Source: an uncultured Alphaproteobacteria bacterium (GTDB lineage: Bacteria; Pseudomonadota; Alphaproteobacteria; CAAHEQ01; UBA3637). From it: a stretch of 64,000 bases of DNA. The stretch is from the NCBI GenBank assembly GCA_934216505.1, contig CAKQBW010000001.1:85788-149787 (forward strand), given 5' to 3'. A model generated the notes under the pieces. The model made no database searches. It saw nothing but the letters and a program-made list of their open reading frames with translations, and was not told where the DNA came from. The translations under genes were made by a program, and so were the position numbers. Positions 29,883 to 39,637 of this stretch are shown here, piece after piece (position 1 is the first letter of the stretch; every line of letters starts with the position of its first letter).

Positions 29883-30581
29883 TTATTTCATGTGTATTAA
29901 AAAAAAGCTGATAAAAGCGGCAACCCCTAGGGCAGGGCCATAGGCTCCCTTTTTATGGATATTTAAAGCAGAAAAGAGGACAAAAAATAAAAATGATAAA
30001 ATTAAGGTGCTACTCAATCCAATCACCCCTAACCATGACCCTAAGGCGGTAATCATTTTAACATCGCCACAGCCCAATTCTTTTTTAGGTGAAAAAGCCA
30101 AAGCTAGTACAGACAAAATGGAAACAAGGTAGCCACTAAAAGCTCCCGCTAAGGCCATTTCAACGGAAAAAGAAGCGGATTGGGTGGCAAACAAAATTCC
30201 CAATAATAAAAGGGGGAGGGTGAAAAAATCAGGTAAAAGGCAATACAGTGCATCTACAATGATGGAAGCACATACAATCCATATAAAAAGACATGCTAAA
30301 ATCTGTAAGGGGGCAGGAATCAATAAGGAGACCAAAGCAAAAAGAACTGCACATAAACCTGCCCAAAAAAGGCCCCAATAGTAAAGTTTATTTCTGATTT
30401 TTTTCCACAGTAAATAGCGTTGTTCGTTTTTTTTATGGGGGATTCTGGGGCGATGAAACAAACGCAAAATAATTTCACCTGGATCGGCGGGAATCAACTT
30501 TCCAAACCTTCCCGAAAAAAAGGGGAGGATGAAACCCAATAGCATGCCCCATACAGCAAAAAGAATAATTTTGTTTTCCAT
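29883..30581 (-). CDS. A24-family prepilin peptidase (no N-terminal methyltransferase or zinc domain)
   Basis: Polytopic membrane protein with LGCGDVKMITALGSWLG, matching the second catalytic Asp region GGGDVKL of type IV prepilin peptidases. Confidence 0.6.
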   Translation of the reverse strand: MENKIILFAVWGMLLGFILPFFSGRFGKLIPADPGEIILRLFHRPRIPHKKNEQRYLLWKKIRNKLYYWGLFWAGLCAVLFALVSLLIPAPLQILACLFIWIVCASIIVDALYCLLPDFFTLPLLLLGILFATQSASFSVEMALAGAFSGYLVSILSVLALAFSPKKELGCGDVKMITALGSWLGVIGLSSTLILSFLFFVLFSALNIHKKGAYGPALGVAAFISFFLIHMK

Positions 30582-30685
30582 GGGGATTATTTATACACAA
30601 AAAAAGAAAAGATGCAATAAAATTCTTTCTTTTTTTTAAAAAAAAGATTATACTGTTGTTGTGAAAAAAACAAAGGAGAAATAAA

Positions 30686-31144
30686 ATGATTCGTGATGAA
30701 ATTAAAAAAGAACTTGTGGAAGCTATGAAATGCCAAAACAAGGACAAAGTGGCAACTTTAAGACTCATCAATGCGGCGATAAAGGACAAAGATATTGCCG
30801 ACAGAAGTAAAGGGAATTTTAACGGGATTGATGAAGGGGCTGTGTTGTCTTTGCTTCAAACAATGATTAAGCAACGCAAGGAAAGTATTGCGATGTATCA
30901 ACAAGGGAATCGGTCCGATTTGGTGGCGCATGAACAAAGTGAAATTGATGTCATTCAATCTTTTTTGCCTAAACAAATGACCAAAGAAGAAATGATTCAT
31001 GAAATCCAAAATGTGATTACCGCCAGTGGGGCAACTTCCATTAAGGATATGGGAAAAGTCATGGGGCTTTTACGGGCCAAGTATGCTGGTCAAATGGATT
31101 TTGGTGTTGCCTCAGGAATTATCAAACAGGAATTGTCCAAATAA
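30686..31144 (+). CDS. GatB/YqeY-domain protein
   Basis: 152 aa, typical YqeY family, positioned upstream of dnaG. Confidence 0.7.
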   Translation: MIRDEIKKELVEAMKCQNKDKVATLRLINAAIKDKDIADRSKGNFNGIDEGAVLSLLQTMIKQRKESIAMYQQGNRSDLVAHEQSEIDVIQSFLPKQMTKEEMIHEIQNVITASGATSIKDMGKVMGLLRAKYAGQMDFGVASGIIKQELSK

Positions 31145-32854
31145 ATGCAATTTACGCCTGATTTTTTAGATGCTTTAAGGGAACGGATTGTTCTGTCTGA
31201 TTTGATTGGGCGGCGGGTAAAACTGACACGAAAAGGGCGGGAATCCTTGGGATTATGTCCTTTTCATCATGAAAAAACGCCGTCTTTTACTATCAATGAC
31301 GAAAAGGGGTTTTACCATTGCTTTGGGTGTGGTGCCCATGGAGATGCGATTCGTTTTTTGGTTGAATTGGAAAAGATGCCCTTTGTGGAAGCCGTAGAGA
31401 TGTTGGCGAATATGGTGGGTATGCCTTTGCCAAAAGTAAATCCGCAAGAAAGAATGCATCAGGAAAAACTATCTTCGTTGATTCGCATTATGGAGATTGC
31501 TTGTCAGTATTTTGAAGAAGAACTTTCTTTGAATTCGGGAAAGGTGGGAAAAGAGTATCTGCTTAATCGGGGATTGTCTGAAGAAACTATAAAAAAATAC
31601 CGCTTGGGTTATGTTCCCCGTGGAAATGGGTTGCTTAAAAAACTTCAGCAAAATAAAGTGGATTTAAGGCAAGCCCAAAAATTGGGATTATTAGCCTTTA
31701 ATCAAACCAGAAGTTTGTGGCACGATTATTTTTATGAAAGAGTTATGTTTCCCATTTTTGACCGAAAAAAGCGTGTGATTGGGTTTAGTGGTCGGATGCT
31801 TGAAAAGGGCGAACCGAAGTATTTAAATTCCCCAGAAACAGAATTATTTCATAAGGGAGAACAACTGTTTGAATTGCCTTTTGCGATAGACACAATTCGT
31901 AAAAAAAATGAAGCCATTGTGGTGGAAGGCAATATGGATGTTATCTCTTTACACCAACATGGTTGGACACAAGCAGTGGCTCCTTTGGGGACGGCTTTTA
32001 CCGAAAATCAATTACAGATTTTATGGCATTTATGTGATGAACCCATTATGTGCTTTGATGGGGATACAGCAGGACAGCATGCGATGATTCGGGCAATGAA
32101 TCGGGCTTTGCCTTTGTTGATTCCAGGTAAAAGTTTGCGCTTTGCAACATTGCCGTCAGGACAAGATCCAGATGATATGATGCGCCATAATCCCTCTCTA
32201 TTTAAATCTATTATCCAAGAAGCATCTTCTTTTATTGATGTTTTTTGGAATCATGTTTTAACAACACATTTATTGAAAACGCCCGAGCAACTGGCTAAAG
32301 CCGAAAAAGATGCTTTTGAGTTAATTCAAAAAATACAAAATGAAACTGTCAGGTCTTTGTATGCTCAAGAAGTTAAGTATAGGTTTAAGCAACTGACTTA
32401 TCAGTTAAAAAATCCCAGATTTAAACCCAGAAAAAAAATAAAAATAACTTTACCTGAAACAGATAAGATTTTGTTGGCTTATTTGTACGCCTATCCAAAA
32501 GAATTAGCGGGTTTTGTAGATGAATTAAATCAATTTAACTTTCTTTATGATATTCATGAACAAGCCTTGTATAATGCGTGGGTAGATGCTGTGTGTGAGG
32601 GGAAAGTCCCACCTGTCCCCGAAACAGACAATACCTTGTTGCAAAAGATTGAAAAGATACAAAAATGTCAAACTCCTGAGAGCGTTATTCAGGAAATAAC
32701 CCACCTGATCAACCACACCAAATTGACCGAGTTAAAAGAACTGTTTTCTCAAAAACAGGCTGAATATTTAAAAACAGAAGATTTAGCCGTGAAAGCAGAA
32801 ATAGAAAATTTGCGTCAAGAAATAGAAAATTTTATGGATAATGAAGAAGAATAG
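31145..32854 (+). CDS. dnaG: DNA primase
   Basis: CHC2 zinc finger CPFHHEKTPSF…CFGCGAHGD, a TOPRIM domain (EGNMDVIS…DGDTAG), and a C-terminal helicase-interaction region. Confidence 0.9.
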   Translation: MQFTPDFLDALRERIVLSDLIGRRVKLTRKGRESLGLCPFHHEKTPSFTINDEKGFYHCFGCGAHGDAIRFLVELEKMPFVEAVEMLANMVGMPLPKVNPQERMHQEKLSSLIRIMEIACQYFEEELSLNSGKVGKEYLLNRGLSEETIKKYRLGYVPRGNGLLKKLQQNKVDLRQAQKLGLLAFNQTRSLWHDYFYERVMFPIFDRKKRVIGFSGRMLEKGEPKYLNSPETELFHKGEQLFELPFAIDTIRKKNEAIVVEGNMDVISLHQHGWTQAVAPLGTAFTENQLQILWHLCDEPIMCFDGDTAGQHAMIRAMNRALPLLIPGKSLRFATLPSGQDPDDMMRHNPSLFKSIIQEASSFIDVFWNHVLTTHLLKTPEQLAKAEKDAFELIQKIQNETVRSLYAQEVKYRFKQLTYQLKNPRFKPRKKIKITLPETDKILLAYLYAYPKELAGFVDELNQFNFLYDIHEQALYNAWVDAVCEGKVPPVPETDNTLLQKIEKIQKCQTPESVIQEITHLINHTKLTELKELFSQKQAEYLKTEDLAVKAEIENLRQEIENFMDNEEE

Positions 32855-32903
32855 TTGATTTGGATAAAAAAGGAGCCTTATTCAAGGCTCCTTTTTGGGT
32901 TGT

Positions 32904-33698
32904 TTATTTCAACATATTTGAAAAAGAAGATTCAATCAGTTGAAAAGCCTTTGTGGCTCCTCTATCCTTTTTTGTGGATAAATAATTGAGGGTGTCTTTC
33001 AGGGCTTTTTGACCTGATTTTTGAATTTCTTCAAGAGGTTGGACCGTCAATTTGTTCACAATAATCATGACAGATTCCTTTAAAGAAGTTTCTTTCTTTT
33101 CCCCAATGTTTTTCTCTTGAATATCTGGGAGATTTAAAGTACTCTTTTTTCCCAAAAAGCCGACTTGAACGGATGAATCCACAATTTGTAAATCCTTGAT
33201 GACCACTGTTTTTGTGGGGGTAGATGCAGATTTGTCCTTAGAAGCACCAGAAGCCGCTTTTTGTGTCGGTTGAGTTCCTTTGTTAAAGTAATTTTGAATG
33301 TTTTGATTTAAAACCATCAAGTTGATTTGACCATGTTGGTTTAATTCGGCCAAAATTTTTGTTCCTTTTATCAAAACTTTATCCACGATAATTTTATCGG
33401 TCAAGACAGATTTCGGTTGGAATTGTACAGAAATCTCGTCTAATTTGAATAAGTCATCTTTTGGGAAGCCTTCTGGATTTCCAATTTTCAAATCATTAAA
33501 GGACAAGTGGCCACTGAGCAAGGAAATATCGGCTTTGTCCAAAGAAACATTGGCTTGAACAACTTTCGGTGCATAAGTATTCACAACGGGGACCACCCAA
33601 TAACTGGCTGTAAAATACCCGATTAAAACAACACACACTACAATGGCTAAAATCCACAAGACGGACTTTAATAAGAATTTAGTTAGTTTTTTTAACAT
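32904..33698 (-). CDS. hypothetical membrane-anchored protein (AsmA-like)
   Basis: N-terminal TM helix and a beta-rich periplasmic part; weak AsmA-family resemblance. Confidence 0.35.
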   Translation of the reverse strand: MLKKLTKFLLKSVLWILAIVVCVVLIGYFTASYWVVPVVNTYAPKVVQANVSLDKADISLLSGHLSFNDLKIGNPEGFPKDDLFKLDEISVQFQPKSVLTDKIIVDKVLIKGTKILAELNQHGQINLMVLNQNIQNYFNKGTQPTQKAASGASKDKSASTPTKTVVIKDLQIVDSSVQVGFLGKKSTLNLPDIQEKNIGEKKETSLKESVMIIVNKLTVQPLEEIQKSGQKALKDTLNYLSTKKDRGATKAFQLIESSFSNMLK

Positions 33699-33725
33699 TT
33701 TTTCTCCTTTCTTTATAATTAACTT

Positions 33726-34610
33726 CTAATTTATTTTTTTCGTTTTGTCAAGGGTTAAAATAGATTTTTTTGTATCCAATACAACTAGTCCGCCGATGGG
33801 CAAAATGATATTTGGTTTTTCATGAGAGTATTCCTTTAAAAAAACAACAGGGTATTTTTGTGAATCAAAATAGGATAAGCATAATTTACGGATTTCTTTT
33901 TTTATGGAAGGCGACATATTGGCCCCCATTTGTCCCAAAATAAGCCCTTTAATTTTTGAAAAGACGCCTGCCATTTTTAATTGACAAAGCATTCTATCCA
34001 ACCGATAGGGGGCTTCACCGACTTCCTCTAGAACCAGTATTTTATCCTGAGGGTCAGGGAAATAGGGCGTTCCTAAAAGAGAAAGAAAAACGGTTAAATT
34101 TCCTCCAATCAACGGCCCTTTGGCTTTTCCCTGAGTGATAGGAACAATTTTCACCTCTTGTTTTTGATTTTTGAATATCTTTTTTAAACTTTCTTTAAGT
34201 TTCGGGGGTATTTTTTTGAAACCATAGCGTGCCAAAAAACCAGAGTAAGTAATAAGGCCAGTTTTGGTTAAAAGGGCATTTTGTAAAGCGGTTGTATCCG
34301 AAAAACCAAATAAAATTTTGGGGTAATGTTTGATAACATCGTAGTTGATTTTATCCAAAAGCCGCGTCAAACCACCGCCCCCCCGCAGGGGAAGGATCAT
34401 ATCTGTTTGGGCATCTGTGAAGGCTTGCTCTAATTCAGATAATCTTTCTTCATCTGAGGCCGCCCAAAAAGAGCAAGGGGAATTAAAAACTTTTTTAGAA
34501 TAGGTTAGCTGCCCCCCCAACTTTTGTAATTGTTTACTTAGTTGAATTAAATCATTTTCGCTCAGATCTTTTATTCCCGAAGAAGGGGTAATCAGTCGGA
34601 TATTTTTCAT
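33726..34610 (-). CDS. ldcA: LD-carboxypeptidase (S66 peptidase, muramoyltetrapeptide carboxypeptidase)
   Basis: ILFGFSDTTAL Ser-nucleophile motif and the S66 fold. Confidence 0.75.
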   Translation of the reverse strand: MKNIRLITPSSGIKDLSENDLIQLSKQLQKLGGQLTYSKKVFNSPCSFWAASDEERLSELEQAFTDAQTDMILPLRGGGGLTRLLDKINYDVIKHYPKILFGFSDTTALQNALLTKTGLITYSGFLARYGFKKIPPKLKESLKKIFKNQKQEVKIVPITQGKAKGPLIGGNLTVFLSLLGTPYFPDPQDKILVLEEVGEAPYRLDRMLCQLKMAGVFSKIKGLILGQMGANMSPSIKKEIRKLCLSYFDSQKYPVVFLKEYSHEKPNIILPIGGLVVLDTKKSILTLDKTKKIN

Positions 34611-34696
34611 TTTTTTCCTTTTTGATAAAAAAACCTTGATTTTATTTTTAATTTTTTATACTCTTTTTAGTAAGGTATGTCTAGCGAAAAATAACT

Positions 34697-35356
34697 TTGA
34701 GGGAGAAAAAAATGAAAAAACTATTCTTTTTTGCTTTTATCGGAGGGGTGATTTCAACTTCTTATGCCCAAGAATCTTTGTTTCCTGAATTGAAATTTCA
34801 AGAAGAAGAGGTGCCTCCAACAACAGAATCAGAAGAGAAAAGTGGTCCAGTCGAAAATACAGAGACAAATCAAGAAATAGCAACCGAAAATTTCACGATG
34901 ACAGAGGAATCCCCAAAACCAGTTTTAACCGAACAAACTGTTCAATCTGAACCTCAAGTGTCTGAAGAATCCCCTGAAGAAGAAGGGGATTCAGAACAAG
35001 ACGACAAAGAAGAAAAAGTCTATATTGCTTTGGACAATATCCAAACAACAGTCGCAGCGGTTAAAGAGGTTTCGTATTGTCGTGGGAGTTTCATTTTGTT
35101 CAACGGGTTCAAGAAAAGACCTTTACAAGAATTGTCTGTTTCTTTAAAAATCGGTAATACAGATAAGAAATTTGACTTTAAAAATGTTGCCCCTCAAGCC
35201 ACTTCAGGCAAAAACTTCATTATCATAGGGGAAGACTGTGCCGCTATTTTGAAAGTGCCTCCTGTAGATATTCAAAAGTGTCAGATTAAAGGAATTTCCA
35301 AGAAAAAATGTAAAGAAAAAATTGAGTTTGTTCCTATACCACAAGATAACCCGTGA
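34697..35356 (+). CDS. secreted hypothetical protein with an acidic Glu-rich linker and a Cys-containing C-terminal domain
   Basis: Signal peptide and an RBS (GAGGGAG). No family assignment. Confidence 0.4.
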   Translation: MREKKMKKLFFFAFIGGVISTSYAQESLFPELKFQEEEVPPTTESEEKSGPVENTETNQEIATENFTMTEESPKPVLTEQTVQSEPQVSEESPEEEGDSEQDDKEEKVYIALDNIQTTVAAVKEVSYCRGSFILFNGFKKRPLQELSVSLKIGNTDKKFDFKNVAPQATSGKNFIIIGEDCAAILKVPPVDIQKCQIKGISKKKCKEKIEFVPIPQDNP

Positions 35357-37056
35357 TAAAAGTTTTTTCAATGAAGCAGATTTTTGTTTTTTTGTGGGCT
35401 TGTTTTGTTGTCGTTTTGCTAAGTGTCTCCGTGGAGGCGCAGGATTTTTCAGAGAGCCCTTTGTATCAAAAGATTTTTGAATTACAAAATAAGGGCGAGT
35501 ATAAGCGGGCCCTTCAATTATCTGAAGAAATTCAAAATCCAACTTTGATGGGGTATGTTTTGTACCAACATTATTTTTTTTCAAACCATAAAACGAAAAA
35601 ATCCGAAATACTTCAGTGGCTGAAAAATTATTCGGATTATCCTATTGCGGGAGAAATGTATGCTCTGGGGGTACAAAAAAAAGTATCTCCGCTACCTCGT
35701 CCAAAAGGGATTTTTGGGGGAAATACGCACGCTTGTGAACACATTGTTCGCTTTGAACCGTCTGATTTGATACGCAGCCTGTCTTTTTCCCATATCACCA
35801 AAACAGCAGAACGCAAAAAAGCCCAGAAACAGATGCGTCAATTTAAGAGGTATTTGTTCAGGGGAAGTACTTTGAATGCCAAAAATTTGCTCAATCAAAA
35901 AGAAGTTCAAAAACTTTGGGGGAAGAAAATATCCAACTATGCCCGAATAAGTTTGGCTTTTTCTTATTTTTTAGATAACAGAAACGATTTGGCCCAAGTT
36001 GAACTCAACAAGATTTTGTCGGGAAATACACACCCTTTTGCGTATTGGCTTCAAGGAATTGTCCTGTGGCAACAAAATAAACCAGAGCAGGGGGCTGTTT
36101 TTTTTGAAAAGGCAACTCAGACCAGTAAAGAGCCGTCTTTAAAGACAAGTTCTGCCTTTTGGGCGGCTAGGTCTTTCATGCGTTCGGGCCAGTATGACAA
36201 GGTCGGGGATTACTTAGAAATAGCCTCAAAATATCCGCGCTATTTTTATTCGTTCCTCTCTTCTCGTATGCTCGGGGAAAATTTAACACATAACTGGGAA
36301 GAACCTCAAAAAATAGAAAACATTGAAAATTCAGAATATACTTCTGATGGATTGGAACGCTTTTATATGTTGGATAGGATAGGGTACAAAAAATGGGCTT
36401 CAGAAGAATTAACACAACTATACCTGAATTCAGATGAAGAAGAACGGTGTGCCTTATGGAAAATTGCGGAAGACCATTCCTATGGCTCTGTTTTGAAAAA
36501 TTTGACAGGGCGATTGGACGGAGAAGAAAGCAGATTTCCTTTACCCGATTGGACACCTGAAACGGATTGGAAACTAGATAAGACGTTGGTTTATGCTTTT
36601 GTGCGTCAAGAATCGTGCTTTAATGTGCGAGCGGAAAGTAATGTTGGGGCCGTTGGTTTAATGCAGTTGATGCCTTCCACAGCAAAGGAATTGGCCCAAT
36701 CTTTGCAATGCGATTACAGTGTTAAAAAATTAAAAAATCCTGAATATAACTTGGCTTTGGGGCAACACTATTTAACAAGATTGCTTGATTCTCAACAAAT
36801 TCAAGGAAATTTAATGAAGTTGGCTGTGGCCTATAATGCTGGCCCTGGAAACCTGAATAAATGGGAAAAAAAGATGGACTATAAGGAGGATCCTTTATTA
36901 TTTTTAGAAAAGATTCCTTCACGGGAAACACGAACTTTTGTGGAAAGAATTTTAATAAATTATTGGGTTTATTCTTCATTATTGGGAGAATCTTTGGACT
37001 CATTAGATTCATTGATTGAAGGAAAATGGCCTTACTATCAGATGTGTTCTAGTTAA
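35353..37056 (+). CDS. soluble lytic murein transglycosylase (Slt family)
   Basis: SLT catalytic motif ESCFNVRAESNVGAVGLMQLMPSTA…AYNAGPGN preceded by a superhelical repeat region. Signal peptide present. Confidence 0.8.
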   Translation: MIKVFSMKQIFVFLWACFVVVLLSVSVEAQDFSESPLYQKIFELQNKGEYKRALQLSEEIQNPTLMGYVLYQHYFFSNHKTKKSEILQWLKNYSDYPIAGEMYALGVQKKVSPLPRPKGIFGGNTHACEHIVRFEPSDLIRSLSFSHITKTAERKKAQKQMRQFKRYLFRGSTLNAKNLLNQKEVQKLWGKKISNYARISLAFSYFLDNRNDLAQVELNKILSGNTHPFAYWLQGIVLWQQNKPEQGAVFFEKATQTSKEPSLKTSSAFWAARSFMRSGQYDKVGDYLEIASKYPRYFYSFLSSRMLGENLTHNWEEPQKIENIENSEYTSDGLERFYMLDRIGYKKWASEELTQLYLNSDEEERCALWKIAEDHSYGSVLKNLTGRLDGEESRFPLPDWTPETDWKLDKTLVYAFVRQESCFNVRAESNVGAVGLMQLMPSTAKELAQSLQCDYSVKKLKNPEYNLALGQHYLTRLLDSQQIQGNLMKLAVAYNAGPGNLNKWEKKMDYKEDPLLFLEKIPSRETRTFVERILINYWVYSSLLGESLDSLDSLIEGKWPYYQMCSS

Positions 37057-37062
37057 TTTCAC

Positions 37063-37091
37063 TTGACAGAACCAAAAAAAGAATATATATA
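37063..37091 (+). promoter_or_regulatory. sigma70-like promoter for trxA (TTGACA-17-TATATA)
   Basis: TTGACA at 37063-68. An AAGGAGG RBS precedes the ATG at 37116. Confidence 0.5.
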
Positions 37092-37115
37092 AGAGGTATT
37101 ATAAAGGAGGAAACA

Positions 37116-37436
37116 ATGGAAATTTTAAATGATACAACTTTTGATAACAAAGTCTTAGTGGCCCCTAAGGCTGTTTTGGTTGATTTTTTTGCCACTTGGT
37201 GTGGCCCTTGTCGGCAAATGTTGCCCGTCGTTGAGGAAGTTGCGCAAGAACTTCAAGAAAAAATTGATGTTTATAAGGTAGATGTAGATGAGGCTTCGCT
37301 TATCTCTGATCGGTATGAAATTCAAAGTATTCCTCATTTGATTCTATTTAAGGCAGGAAAGATTTTGGCCCAAAAGAATGGAGCCTGTAGCAAAGCCGAA
37401 TTGTTAAAATGGATAGATGAAAACACAAAGGTCTAG
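37116..37436 (+). CDS. trxA: thioredoxin
   Basis: WCGPC active site; 106 aa. Confidence 0.9.
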   Translation: MEILNDTTFDNKVLVAPKAVLVDFFATWCGPCRQMLPVVEEVAQELQEKIDVYKVDVDEASLISDRYEIQSIPHLILFKAGKILAQKNGACSKAELLKWIDENTKV

Positions 37437-37562
37437 TACTTATAGCGCCATATTCACACCTGACACCATAAAATACACTACAATCTGCAAGGCGATGGTA
37501 TACAGCCGTTTGCGTTTAAGGCATGGACGCTTATATGCTGCTTAGCACGACGAGACAATCTC

Positions 37563-37826
37563 CTACGCATTTTTACCTCCTTTCATTTTCTTACGAAACA
37601 ACGGATAAGACAATTCTTTTTGCGTATCCGCTAACAACTTTAATAACTCATTATCAAAAGTTTCAAAAGAATCATTAGCACAAAAATAATCTTTCCAACG
37701 CTTCAACAATCTCTCTTGACGATTTATGCAACACTTTTGATTTTCTAAAGTGTCGTATAATTTTTTCATCTCATTATCCATAAATGCGTTTATTTTCAAT
37801 AACGCTTTCATATCTTTCTTAAACAT
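37563..37826 (-). CDS. hypothetical protein (87 aa, Lys-rich, Cys pair)
   Basis: ORF only; convergent with trxA. Confidence 0.3.
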   Translation of the reverse strand: MFKKDMKALLKINAFMDNEMKKLYDTLENQKCCINRQERLLKRWKDYFCANDSFETFDNELLKLLADTQKELSYPLFRKKMKGGKNA

Positions 37827-38004
37827 TTTTTCTCCTTTCTAAATATACATAATATAAATTATGCGACACTTTTTGTCTGATTGTTTTAGCGATTTATTAT
37901 TATATTTTAATATGTTATAAGAAATTTTATGGTTAGCTTATTTTTGCCAAAAAAGTCCTTTTCCAAAATCATTTGAAAAATATTTTCTTTTTATGATTTT
38001 TTTC

Positions 38005-38033
38005 TTGACAATTTTTTTAAAATGCGCTAAATT
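38005..38033 (+). promoter_or_regulatory. sigma70-like promoter for tRNA-Cys (TTGACA-17-TAAATT)
   Basis: TTGACA at 38005-10. The tRNA starts at 38050. Confidence 0.45.
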
Positions 38034-38049
38034 TCTCTTGTTTTGAGAT

Positions 38050-38124
38050 GGCCGGTTGGCAGAATGGCTTATGCAGAGGACTGCAAATCCTTTTATACTG
38101 GTTCGATTCCGGTACCGGCCTCCA
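38050..38124 (+). tRNA. tRNA-Cys (anticodon GCA)
   Basis: Acceptor GGCCGGT/ACCGGCC, anticodon loop CTGCAAA, T-arm ACTGG TTCGATT CCGGT, encoded CCA. Confidence 0.85.
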
Positions 38125-38144
38125 AAAATTATGACAAATAGTTC

Positions 38145-38172
38145 TTGCTTTTTAAAAAACTTTTTGTTATAA
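38145..38172 (+). promoter_or_regulatory. sigma70 promoter for tRNA-Asn (TTGCTT-16-TATAAT)
   Basis: Perfect -10 TATAAT at 38167-72. The tRNA starts at 38184. Confidence 0.5.
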
Positions 38173-38183
38173 TGACCACTGTT

Positions 38184-38258
38184 TCCAGCGTAGCTCAGTG
38201 GTAGAGCAATCGGCTGTTAACCGATTGGTCGTAGGTTCGAGCCCTACCGCTGGAGCCA
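38184..38258 (+). tRNA. tRNA-Asn (anticodon GTT)
   Basis: Acceptor TCCAGCG/CGCTGGA, D-arm GCTC AGTGGTA GAGC, anticodon loop CTGTTAA, T-arm GTAGG TTCGAGC CCTAC, encoded CCA. A terminator-like hairpin follows at 38262-38295. Confidence 0.85.
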
Positions 38259-38428
38259 ATTACAAGAGGAAGGTTGTTTTGCCCTCCTCTTTTTTATTTT
38301 AAACGAAAACGCCTTATTCGGCCAAAGATAATTTGAATACAGAAATACTCAATCAATTTACTTTTTTTGCTTGATTTTTGTTTTTTTTTCGTATCCTAAA
38401 AGTATAGGATCTTACTGAAAGGAAAAAA

Positions 38429-39223
38429 ATGACAAAAAAAACTGAAGAAAAGCCCCAATTAGTTCGCCAAGATGCTGATTTGCTGAACCCCATTGTCTCT
38501 ACTTGGACATATAAAGGAGAGATTATGGAGTTTATGGGGGTAAAGAGAACCCGCACCTTTGAAACAATGGACCACCCTGATTATGAACGAGGGGTGGGAT
38601 TCCGGGAACAAGAAGTTTGGATCCCCCGCCCTGGTCCAATGAAAGTCTTTAATAAAGATGGACTTTTAATTGAAGAAGGTACAGTAGATTTCGTTAAGGC
38701 TAAAGATGATATTGGCTCATGGAATTTGACTTATGTTGGGAAAATGACACGTTATGGCTATGATAAAAAGGGGAAACTTTTGTATCGTAGGGAAAGTGAA
38801 TTTTCACCTAAAGATTCTCATATAGAATGGAGTAAGCATTATGACAAAGAGGGTCAATTAGTAAGTGAATCCACTTATGATAAATACGGCAAGGAACGTT
38901 CATTTAAATTTTTTAACTCAGATTCAGGGGAACTAAGTTTCCGCACTTTTAATTCAAAGAGCGGGAAAGGCTATTATTTCTTTGGTGAGGAAAAAGCGGA
39001 TAAAAATCACCCTGAAGCACAGCGTTTAATTCGGGACAATATCGCCAGCAAGAAAACAGATAAAAAAGCACGGCGGGCCGCTTTAAAGGAAATTTTGGCG
39101 GCACGGCAAGAGGGGCAGACAGAAAAAGCACAAGAAATTCGTCATGAATTTGATAAAAGACCTCTACCAAAACCCTCTTTATGGGGTAAATTGACGACTC
39201 TTGTTAAAGGTAATCGGCGTTAA
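38429..39223 (+). CDS. MORN / YwqK-family repeat protein
   Basis: Tandem Y-x-x-G-x-x-x-G-x-W repeats (YGYDKKGKLLY, YDKEGQLVSESTY, YDKYGKERSF). The C-terminus is Lys/Arg-rich. Confidence 0.5.
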   Translation: MTKKTEEKPQLVRQDADLLNPIVSTWTYKGEIMEFMGVKRTRTFETMDHPDYERGVGFREQEVWIPRPGPMKVFNKDGLLIEEGTVDFVKAKDDIGSWNLTYVGKMTRYGYDKKGKLLYRRESEFSPKDSHIEWSKHYDKEGQLVSESTYDKYGKERSFKFFNSDSGELSFRTFNSKSGKGYYFFGEEKADKNHPEAQRLIRDNIASKKTDKKARRAALKEILAARQEGQTEKAQEIRHEFDKRPLPKPSLWGKLTTLVKGNRR

Positions 39224-39242
39224 AAAAGGAAAATCTTTTTTT

Positions 39243-39275
39243 AGGGAGGGCATTTGCCCTCCCCTTTTTGGGGTT
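39243..39275 (+). terminator. rho-independent terminator after the YwqK-family gene
   Basis: GGGAGGGCATTTGCCCTCCC hairpin followed by TTTTT. Confidence 0.7.
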
Positions 39276-39504
39276 ATTCTGCCCCACTCTGTCATTCCCT
39301 CACTTTTTACTTTTCCTATCATTTCCGCCGATGCGGGAATCTCGTCAAAAAGTACTTTATTTTACAAGATACCCGATCAGGTCGGGCATGACAATTCCCT
39401 GTTTTGGCCTGTATTTATGGGCTGTGTGAGGGAAAAAGAGAAATTTCAAAAAGCGGGGGTAAAAACAGGCGATAAAGCCCGTCAATAAAGGGAAGTAAGG
39501 TATA

Positions 39505-39524
39505 ACAAAAAGGATCGTTTTTGT
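39505..39524. promoter_or_regulatory. palindromic candidate operator site 1 (ACAAAAAgGATCGTTTTTGT)
   Basis: Near-perfect 20-bp palindrome centred on GATC, about 170 bp upstream of the pilin-like gene A. Confidence 0.4.
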
Positions 39525-39637
39525 CAATATACTTTTTCCCGTGTTTGAGGATTTTTATTATTTTACAATAACATATTGATTTTACATGAGAAAACACTCA
39601 TTTTAAAGTTTGATGGAATTGTCCTTTTTCCCCTATT

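Noticed and set aside
37437-37562. Possible structured sRNA in the trxA 3' intergenic region (partial repeats AAGGCGATGG / AAGGCATGG)
   Set aside because: The repeats are short and imperfect, no convincing stem-loop or terminator could be drawn by eye, and the region is a convergent-gene spacer. Insufficient evidence without a covariance search.
39201-39488. 95-aa + strand ORF spanning the YwqK gene end, its terminator and the intergenic region
   Set aside because: It overlaps the 3' end of a well-supported gene and reads through a clear rho-independent terminator hairpin. The composition is low-complexity with no RBS, so it is most likely a spurious ORF in non-coding DNA.
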